Shown piece after piece: positions 26,955-35,089 of a stretch of DNA of 35,089 nt (positions are counted from its first letter, which is position 1; each line of letters begins with the position of its first letter). The notes beneath the pieces are model-generated. The model worked only from the letters and a program-made list of their open reading frames with translations, was not told the DNA's origin and made no database searches. The stretch is from an uncultured bacterium. GTDB lineage: Bacteria; Deinococcota; Deinococci; Deinococcales; Trueperaceae. The position numbers and the translations under genes are program-made. The stretch spans positions 1,458-36,546 of the forward strand of contig CAZPLV010000002.1 of assembly GCA_964587295.1 (NCBI GenBank), given 5' to 3'.

Positions 26955-26991
26955 AGCAGCCCGGCGGTCAACCGCCGGGCTGCTTTCTGTT
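26955..26991. terminator. Bidirectional rho-independent terminator between csp and the DoxX-like gene
   Basis: Perfect 13-bp stem AGCAGCCCGGCGG / CCGCCGGGCTGCT (26955-26967 with 26972-26984) and loop tcaa. TTCTGTT lies downstream on the plus strand and GTTTTGATTT on the minus strand. Confidence 0.85.
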
Positions 26992-27013
26992 GCTTCAATC
27001 GGGTGGCCCTGAT

Positions 27014-27595
27014 TCAGACGCGTTGGCTGCGCTGAGTGGCAGTACCCGCAGCACCGGGTTCCATCGTCCTTCCGCCGGGTGCCCCGAGTCGTGGAAGGAT
27101 GAAGTAGTCAAGACCCCAGTAGCCGGCGACGCGCCAGGCGAGCACCAGCCAGGTGGCGACGATGAACATGACCGGGTTGGTGGACAGGGTGCCCGCCAGA
27201 AGGAAACTGGCGTTCATGAAGCCACCGAAAAACGCACTCAGGCCCGTGAGCAGACCGATGATCAGCGCGATGCCTACAGCAACCTCACCGAAGGCAACCA
27301 TGTAGCTCATCAGTGTGGCATTGGGCAGGAACATGTTCTCGATCATCCAGGCATACCAGCCGGTAACGGACGCAGCTTCCCCACTGGCGCGTCCTAGGGC
27401 GCCATTGAGGTAACCGGTTATTGCCACGCCCGCGTTCTCACCGACCCAGGCGGGGTTCTGTACCTTGCCCCAGCCGCTGCTGAACCAGCTCCAGCCGAGC
27501 CAGATGCGCAGTACTGTCCACAATGGTGCCATGTAAGGCGAGGCGAAGAGGAAACGGCTGATTGCGGGTTCTTCGTAGTACAGGTTCTTGGTCAT
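27014..27595 (-). CDS. DoxX-family membrane protein
   Basis: 193 aa from ATG 27595, preceded by AAGGAAGGA. Four hydrophobic segments and a Trp-rich block LRIWLGWSWFSSGWGKV. The family call rests on by-eye resemblance only. Confidence 0.55.
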   Translation of the reverse strand: MTKNLYYEEPAISRFLFASPYMAPLWTVLRIWLGWSWFSSGWGKVQNPAWVGENAGVAITGYLNGALGRASGEAASVTGWYAWMIENMFLPNATLMSYMVAFGEVAVGIALIIGLLTGLSAFFGGFMNASFLLAGTLSTNPVMFIVATWLVLAWRVAGYWGLDYFILPRLGAPGGRTMEPGAAGTATQRSQRV

Positions 27596-27671
27596 CTTGA
27601 CCCGTCCTTCCTTAACACCCTGATTATGCACCAGCGGCCGGTGTCCTGGCGAGCTACAAACGTCCCTCTGT

Positions 27672-29942
27672 TCAGCTGCTGCCGAGTGCCTCTTCCACGA
27701 GTTCTTTCGCCAGCTGTGGATTGGCCTGGCCGCCGGTTGCTTTCATCAGCTGACCGACAAAGAATCCGCTCAGACCGGTCTTGCCGCCGCGCCAGGCAGT
27801 GACCTGATCCGGGTGGGCAGCAAGAATGCCGTCAATGAGCTTCCTCAGTTCAGTTTCATCACTGACCTGTCTGAGCCCTTTTGAGCTGACGATTTCCGCA
27901 GGCGACTCACCGCTGCCGATTGCTTCGGCGAACACTTCCTTGCCGGTGCGGGCTGAGATTTCACCGGCGGAAATCAGCTGGACGAGTTCGGCCAGCCCGA
28001 CGGGCGACAGTTTCAGATCAAGAGCATCCCCGTGGGCTGCCTCCCGGAGCACTTCGTTCACGACCCAGTTGGCAAGCTCGACCGCCTGTGAGGGGGCCGC
28101 GGTGGTTGCTTCCAGGAAATACTTCTGCAGATCCGGACGCTCTGTGAGCAGGGCGGCGGTTTCCGGTTCCAGTGCGTAGCGGTTTGCAAGGGCGACGGTC
28201 TCAGCATTGAACACACGCGGCAGTTCCGGTTCCGCGTCCGGCCGAGCCTGATTGCGGGCCTTCGGCTTCGGCCGCTCAGCCGCTGCGGTCTGGCGTGCCC
28301 AGGAATCCTTCAGCGTCACGATCCGGTTGAACACAAGCCGCTCCGGCTCCGAGTCAACCGGGTCCGGCCAGAAATAGCCAAGTCGTTCGAACTGGAAGCG
28401 TTCGCCTTGCTCCGCCTGACTGAGGCCGGGCTCGACGAAACCGTGGCGCACGATGAGTGACTCTTCGTTGAAGTGCCTGAGCCATTCGTCACCCGTGTCC
28501 GGATCCGCCACGGTGAACAGGCGGTCGTACAGCCGGAATTCCGCGGCTGCGGCGCTGGCGGCATCAACCCAGTGGATGGCACTGCGGACGCGGATGTCCT
28601 CGGGAGAGCCGCCCCCGACGGTGTCGGGCCAGATGGTGCAGTTCAGTCTTGTGGCTGCCCCGTTGGCGTCAGTCTCGTAGCTGTCGCAGCGGATGACCGG
28701 ACCGTGCCGCAGCCTGACGGCCTCACCTGGGGAGAGGCGCCGGTAACCGCTCGGCGGATCAATGCTGAAGTCGGCCTGCTCGATGTAAAGCCGCGCGGAC
28801 AGCTGCAGTGTCCTGGTTCCTTCGCCGGGCACATCATCAGGCCAGAAAGGAGCCTCCAGGCTGAGCGGGTCACCGCTGAAGTTGGTCAGCACCACTTCCA
28901 GGGGCTGGCTCACCGCGAGCACTCTGGGCGCCTTGTCGGTGAGATCCTCGCGGATGCTGAATTCGAGCAGTGCGGGATCCGTCCGGCTGTTGACCTTGGT
29001 CACTCCCACCCGGTTGGCAAAATCACGGATTGCGGCAGGGGTCACGCCCCTGCGTCTCAAGCCGGCAATGGTCGGCATGCGCGGATCATCCCAGCCGTCA
29101 ACCATGCCGGAGTCAACCAACTGGATGAGCTTGCGTTTGCTGAGCACTGTGTAGTCAAGCTGCAGCCTGGAGAACTCGTACTGGTGTGGGCGTTGTGCGC
29201 CGTCAAGCGTGTTTTCAACCACCCAGTCATAAACCTCGCGGTTGTTGTCGAATTCCAGTGAACAGAGGCTGTGCGTGACGCCTTCAAGCGCATCGGTCAG
29301 CGGATGCGCGTAGTCGTAGAGCGGATAGATCGGCCAGGCGTCACCGGTGCGGTAGTGCTCGGCATGGCGGATGCGGTACAGCAGCGGATCGCGCATCAGC
29401 ATGTTCTTCGAGGCCATGTCGATTCTCGCACGCAGGACATGCTCGCCGGCTGCAAACTCGCCGGCCCGCATGCGTCTGAACAGGTCAAGATTCTCTTCAG
29501 TGCTGCGCTCGCGGTACGGGCTGTGCCGGCCGGGCTCGGTAACCGTGCCCCGGTATTCGCGGATCTCGTCCTCACTGAGGCTGTCAACGTATGCCTTGCC
29601 CTGCTCAATCAGGTGGATGGCCCAGGCGTACATTGCCTCGAACTGGTCGGAGGCGTAAGTGAGTTCGTCCGGTTCGAAACCCAGCCAGCGGACATCCTCC
29701 TCGATGGCGCGGACGTATTCCATGTCCTCGGTCGTCGGGTTGGTGTCATCCATCCGCAGGAACGCGCGTCCACCGTAGTCATCGGCAATGCCGAAATCGA
29801 CCATGATGGCCTTGGCGTGACCTATATGGAGGTAGCCGTTGGGTTCCGGCGGGAACCGGGTGATGACTTCGTCGTGCCGGCCATTGGCCAGGTCACGGTC
29901 AATAACCTCGGTGATGAAATTGGGGGAGACAATGCGCCGCAT
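27672..29942 (-). CDS. glnS: Glutaminyl-tRNA synthetase fused to a C-terminal GatB/YqeY-like domain
   Basis: 756 aa with HIGH (PEPNGYLHIGHAKA) and VLSKRKL (the KMSKS equivalent). The class I GlnRS core runs to about residue 545. After a basic linker, the tail contains GatB_Yqey-type blocks ANWVVNEVL, LISAGEISARTGKEVF, FFVGQLMKATGGQANPQL. Confidence 0.95.
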   Translation of the reverse strand: MRRIVSPNFITEVIDRDLANGRHDEVITRFPPEPNGYLHIGHAKAIMVDFGIADDYGGRAFLRMDDTNPTTEDMEYVRAIEEDVRWLGFEPDELTYASDQFEAMYAWAIHLIEQGKAYVDSLSEDEIREYRGTVTEPGRHSPYRERSTEENLDLFRRMRAGEFAAGEHVLRARIDMASKNMLMRDPLLYRIRHAEHYRTGDAWPIYPLYDYAHPLTDALEGVTHSLCSLEFDNNREVYDWVVENTLDGAQRPHQYEFSRLQLDYTVLSKRKLIQLVDSGMVDGWDDPRMPTIAGLRRRGVTPAAIRDFANRVGVTKVNSRTDPALLEFSIREDLTDKAPRVLAVSQPLEVVLTNFSGDPLSLEAPFWPDDVPGEGTRTLQLSARLYIEQADFSIDPPSGYRRLSPGEAVRLRHGPVIRCDSYETDANGAATRLNCTIWPDTVGGGSPEDIRVRSAIHWVDAASAAAAEFRLYDRLFTVADPDTGDEWLRHFNEESLIVRHGFVEPGLSQAEQGERFQFERLGYFWPDPVDSEPERLVFNRIVTLKDSWARQTAAAERPKPKARNQARPDAEPELPRVFNAETVALANRYALEPETAALLTERPDLQKYFLEATTAAPSQAVELANWVVNEVLREAAHGDALDLKLSPVGLAELVQLISAGEISARTGKEVFAEAIGSGESPAEIVSSKGLRQVSDETELRKLIDGILAAHPDQVTAWRGGKTGLSGFFVGQLMKATGGQANPQLAKELVEEALGSS

Positions 29943-29971
29943 ACGGCTCCCAGTGTAGCGGTTATCAACTG

Positions 29972-31540
29972 TCAGATTTCGCTGCGTGGCGACCGCTCCA
30001 GCAGAAGCATCACAATTGCCGTGATTCCCATAAGCAAAAGCGACAGGGCCAGCGCCGAACCGTAGTTGGCGGCGCCGGGCCGGCCGAGCCGGTCAAAGAT
30101 GGCCACCGGAATCGTCGCGTACTCAGGCCGGGTGATTACCAGCGAGGCGCCGAATTCGCCGAGCGATATGGCAAAGGCAAAGGCACTGGCTGCCAGCAGT
30201 GCCGGCAGGAGCAGCGGCAGATCAATCCGTCTGAGCTGCGACAGTTCGCTGGCACCCAGGGTCGCGGCAGCCTGGGGCACCTGCAGCGGAATCCCGCGCA
30301 GTGCCGGCAGGATACTGCGGGTCACGAACGGAAAGGCAATCAGCGCGTGCGCCAGCACCAGTCCCACTGGACTCAGCGCCAGCTCCGGCCAGGCGAGCAG
30401 ATAGCCGAAACCCAGTGTCACGGCACTGGTGGCCAGCGGCAGCAGGCTGATGCCATCAAGCCAGCGCCAGCCGGCCCGCACGACGGCGATGGCGAAGCAG
30501 GTGCCGACGAACAGGGCAACCGCCATGCTGCTGGCCGCAAAGAACAGCGAGTTCAGCACCACCCGGCCAGCGCCCGGGAACATTGCGCTGGGCCGCGCCT
30601 CAGCCAGCTGCCGGAACGACTGGAGCGAAGGTACGCCTCCCGGCAGGAACGCCTGAGTGACCAGAGCCACCAGTGGCGCCAGAACCAGTGCCGCCACCGG
30701 CAGAAGCACGGCGGCGATGAGCAGCAGCTGTCCGGGACCGGCCCGGGTGGCTCCCAGTTGCGCTCCTGTCACCGGCACGGCAAGGCGTGCCTGCCAGCGC
30801 GTGTAAAGCCAGGTGGTGAGCGACACCACGAGCAGCTGTACCAGCACGAGCACCGCAGCGGTTTCCAGCTGCAGCAGCCTGGCGGTGAGCCGGTAGATCT
30901 CCACCTCAAGGGTCGCGTACTGCGGAGCCAGGATAAGAATCACTCCGAACGAGGTGAACGTCAGAACGAACACCAGGGCCGCCGCAGCCAGGATGGCGGG
31001 CCAGGCCAGCGGCAGCGTCAGGCGCACCAGCACCCGCAGCGGTGTTGCCCCCAGACTGGCAGCTGCCTGCTCAAGCCGCGGAGCAACCGCCTCCAGGTAT
31101 GAGCCGACGATCCTGACGACAAGGGAACTGTTGTAGAACACGTGGGCCAGCAGGATTATCAGGAAGGTTCCCTGCAGGTTGATGCCTGTGATTCCGCGCG
31201 GACCGGCCAGGGCCAGAAAGCCCATGGCAGCCACCACAGTCGGCATGACGAATGGAATCGTGAAGGCACTGCGCAGCAGCCGCTTGCCGGGAAAGTCGAA
31301 ACGTGCAAACAGGACAGCGGCCGGCAGCCCGACAAGCAGTGTGAGCACGGTGGAGAGCAGCGCCTGCCCGAATGTGAAGCCGGCGAGACGCAGGTACCAC
31401 GGGTCGCTCAGCACGCCAGCCACACCGTCCAGTGAGGTGAGACTGCGCTGGAGGATGACCAGGAGCGGCCAGACGTGGAACAGGAGCAGGAAGGCAAGGG
31501 CAGTGATTCCCGCCGCGCGCGCGATTCGACCGCCGGTCAT
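29972..31540 (-). CDS. ABC transporter permease with two fused transmembrane domains (Fe3+/thiamine FbpB/ThiP type)
   Basis: 522 aa, about 12 TM segments. Two EAA-like loops: AASLGATPLRVLVRLTLPLAWP and AATLGASELSQLRRIDLPLLLP. No cognate SBP or ATPase gene is adjacent. Confidence 0.8.
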   Translation of the reverse strand: MTGGRIARAAGITALAFLLLFHVWPLLVILQRSLTSLDGVAGVLSDPWYLRLAGFTFGQALLSTVLTLLVGLPAAVLFARFDFPGKRLLRSAFTIPFVMPTVVAAMGFLALAGPRGITGINLQGTFLIILLAHVFYNSSLVVRIVGSYLEAVAPRLEQAAASLGATPLRVLVRLTLPLAWPAILAAAALVFVLTFTSFGVILILAPQYATLEVEIYRLTARLLQLETAAVLVLVQLLVVSLTTWLYTRWQARLAVPVTGAQLGATRAGPGQLLLIAAVLLPVAALVLAPLVALVTQAFLPGGVPSLQSFRQLAEARPSAMFPGAGRVVLNSLFFAASSMAVALFVGTCFAIAVVRAGWRWLDGISLLPLATSAVTLGFGYLLAWPELALSPVGLVLAHALIAFPFVTRSILPALRGIPLQVPQAAATLGASELSQLRRIDLPLLLPALLAASAFAFAISLGEFGASLVITRPEYATIPVAIFDRLGRPGAANYGSALALSLLLMGITAIVMLLLERSPRSEI

Positions 31541-31563
31541 GCAGACAGATTAGCCCTGTCTGC
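31541..31563 (-). promoter_or_regulatory. 8-bp hairpin abutting the start codon of the ABC permease
   Basis: GCAGACAG (31541-31548) and CTGTCTGC (31556-31563) around a 7-nt loop. It occupies nearly the whole 26-nt gap between the cdsA stop and the permease ATG, and no SD is visible. Confidence 0.4.
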
Positions 31564-31566
31564 CGC

Positions 31567-32448
31567 TCAGAGGGCGAACAGGCTTATGAACAGGTAGGAA
31601 AAGGCGATGGCAAACAGGTGGGAGTCGATGCGGTCAAGCACCCCGCCGTGACCCGGCAGCAGACGGCCGGAGTCCTTCACGCCCACCCAGCGCTTGAGCA
31701 GGCTTTCGAACAGATCGCCAGCCTGACTGGCCGCACCGACCACCACGGCAAACAGCAGAATGTGGCGGGTGTGGATGTCCGCACCGAACACGTTGATTGC
31801 CAGCCAGTGCAGACCGAGCACGAACGCGATCGAGAACACCAGTCCGCCGAAGGCGCCCTCCACCGTTTTATTGGGCGAGATGGCCGGAACCAGCTTGCGC
31901 CGCCCGAACAGCGAACCGATCGTGTACGCCCCGACATCGGAGGCGACCACGGCAAGCATGGGCAGCGCCAGGTACCACAGGCCACTGGCCGCGTCGGGCA
32001 GGTAGCGCAGTGTGATCATGAAACTGAACAGCCAGGGGATGTAGACAAAGCCGAACAGCGAAAAGACAACGCAGCTGAGTGAGTTCCGGTTGGGCCGGAT
32101 CAGCTCCAGCACCACCAGGTAAACGGCAACAAGTATCAGCAGCAGTTCACGCCAGGACGTGGTCTGACCGATCATGGCCGGCAGCCCCAGCGCCTCCAGC
32201 ATGCTGGCTGGCAGCGCTGCAATCAGCGTCAGTGGTGTGACTGCCCAGAGGCTGCGCAGCCGGATCGGGATACCGCGCAGGCGCAGCATGCTGGCATACT
32301 CAGCCAGGGCCATGGTGGTAAGCAGCAGCCAGGCAGGAGCGAGCAGCGGCAGTCCGGCCCACAGTGCAAGAACTGTAGCCAGGACTGCTCCCAGCCCCGA
32401 CAGAACCCGCATGTACGGGAAACGGCGCTTATCCGCCCCTGCCGTCAC
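31567..32448 (-). CDS. cdsA: Phosphatidate cytidylyltransferase (CDP-diglyceride synthase)
   Basis: 293 aa, multi-TM, with C-terminal signature SLLKRWVGVKDSGRLLPGHGGVLDRIDS. The GTG start lies 2 nt after the frr stop; an alternative ATG lies at 32412. Confidence 0.92.
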   Translation of the reverse strand: MTAGADKRRFPYMRVLSGLGAVLATVLALWAGLPLLAPAWLLLTTMALAEYASMLRLRGIPIRLRSLWAVTPLTLIAALPASMLEALGLPAMIGQTTSWRELLLILVAVYLVVLELIRPNRNSLSCVVFSLFGFVYIPWLFSFMITLRYLPDAASGLWYLALPMLAVVASDVGAYTIGSLFGRRKLVPAISPNKTVEGAFGGLVFSIAFVLGLHWLAINVFGADIHTRHILLFAVVVGAASQAGDLFESLLKRWVGVKDSGRLLPGHGGVLDRIDSHLFAIAFSYLFISLFAL

Positions 32449-32450
32449 GT

Positions 32451-33005
32451 TCAGACGGCCATTATGTCTTCTTCTTTGGATTTCACTCTCTGGTCGACAA
32501 GCCTGATGAACTCGTCGGTGGCCTTCTGCACGTCCGCTTCGCCTCCGCGCAGGTCATCCTCGCTGATGAGTGATTCCTTCTGCAGTTCCTTCAGCTCATC
32601 ATTCGAGTCGCGGCGGATGTTGCGGACCGCCACCCGTGCTTCCTCGGCCAGATTCTTGACCTGCTTCACCAGATCACGCCTGCGCTCGTCGGTCAGGGCC
32701 GGGATTGTAATGAAAACGGCGTCGCCGCGGTTGTTCGGGTTGAGGCCCAGGTCGGCTTCGAGGATGGCCTTCTCGATATCCGGAATCGCGGTCTTGTCGA
32801 ACGGGGTGATCACCAGGGTGCGCGGATCAGGGCTCGAAACATTGGCCAGCTGGTTGAGCGGCGTGTTCGAGCCGTAGTAGTTGACGTGCACACGGCTGAG
32901 CAGCGCGGGATTTGCCCGGCCCGTCCGGATGCTGCCGATATTCGAGTCGAACGCCTCCACAGACTTCTGCATCCGCTCGCGTGTCTCTTTCAGCACACTG
33001 TTCAT
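32451..33005 (-). CDS. frr: Ribosome recycling factor
   Basis: 184 aa with IRTGRANPALL and other typical RRF blocks. GGAGGAAG RBS upstream. Confidence 0.97.
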   Translation of the reverse strand: MNSVLKETRERMQKSVEAFDSNIGSIRTGRANPALLSRVHVNYYGSNTPLNQLANVSSPDPRTLVITPFDKTAIPDIEKAILEADLGLNPNNRGDAVFITIPALTDERRRDLVKQVKNLAEEARVAVRNIRRDSNDELKELQKESLISEDDLRGGEADVQKATDEFIRLVDQRVKSKEEDIMAV

Positions 33006-33094
33006 TGCTTCCTCCAGTTATGTCCGGCCGCGTGGTGGCGGCGCCAATGCGTCGGGGACAGTCTACCGCGCGGGCTGAGCCCGGTGAGAACGGT

Positions 33095-34400
<1,306 letters not shown>

Positions 34401-34430
34401 TTTGATGTCTCCTAGAAAATCAGCTTGACT

Positions 34431-34456
34431 GGTGCCCAGCCGTCAGGACGGGCACC
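34431..34456 (-). promoter_or_regulatory. Hairpin in the rpsB-tsf intergenic region (possible attenuator)
   Basis: GGTGCCC / GGGCACC 7-bp stem with a 12-nt loop. On the minus strand a TTTTCT run follows 11 nt later, just before the tsf RBS. Confidence 0.3.
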
Positions 34457-34463
34457 CGGTAAC

Positions 34464-35089
<626 letters not shown>

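Noticed and set aside
31541-31566. Possible TPP riboswitch upstream of the ThiP-like permease; a purine riboswitch upstream of guaD (10155-10199) was also considered.
   Set aside because: The spacers are only 26 and 45 nt, far too short for either aptamer, and no conserved riboswitch core sequences are visible.

Overview
GC-rich, gene-dense bacterial chromosomal segment with about 31 supportable CDS. By eye I found no rRNA, tRNA, CRISPR array, IS element or long repeat. On the plus strand, in order: (1) a LacI-type regulator (5' truncated), a CUT1-type sugar ABC importer (SBP plus two permeases, no ATPase), a secreted GH81 endo-beta-1,3-glucanase and a GH1 beta-glucosidase; (2) lexA (minus strand) divergent from a Crp/Fnr-family regulator, with two recognisable sigma70-type promoters and a strong palindrome between them; (3) an NfuA-type Fe-S protein, a YczE-like membrane protein, guanine deaminase overlapping a divergent DUF62 (SAM hydroxide adenosyltransferase-like) gene, a TVP38/DedA protein and an SLC13 permease with two TrkA-C domains; (4) dnaK-grpE-dnaJ (no zinc finger) coupled to an exported parvulin PPIase; (5) a DUF255 thioredoxin-like protein followed by a compact AddB-like/AddA-like helicase-nuclease pair; (6) a cold-shock protein with a charged tail. 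On the minus strand: rpsB (5' partial)-tsf-pyrH-frr-cdsA, an orphan double-domain ABC permease, glnS with a GatB/YqeY tail, and a DoxX-like protein. Several traits together suggest a Deinococcus-Thermus (Deinococcus-like) lineage. These are the GlnRS-YqeY fusion, Zn-finger-less DnaJ, a short EF-Ts, and -10 boxes sitting a few nt from start codons. This lineage call is inference only. The window is mostly housekeeping, and I do not see a convincing novel multi-gene system. The best leads are the GAAC-N7-GTTC palindrome over the crp-like promoter next to lexA, the AddB-like subunit that keeps its Fe-S cysteines but seems to lack the (D/E)xK nuclease motif, and the guaD/DUF62-like coupled pair. 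All coordinates and motifs come from reading the sequence; no database search was run.
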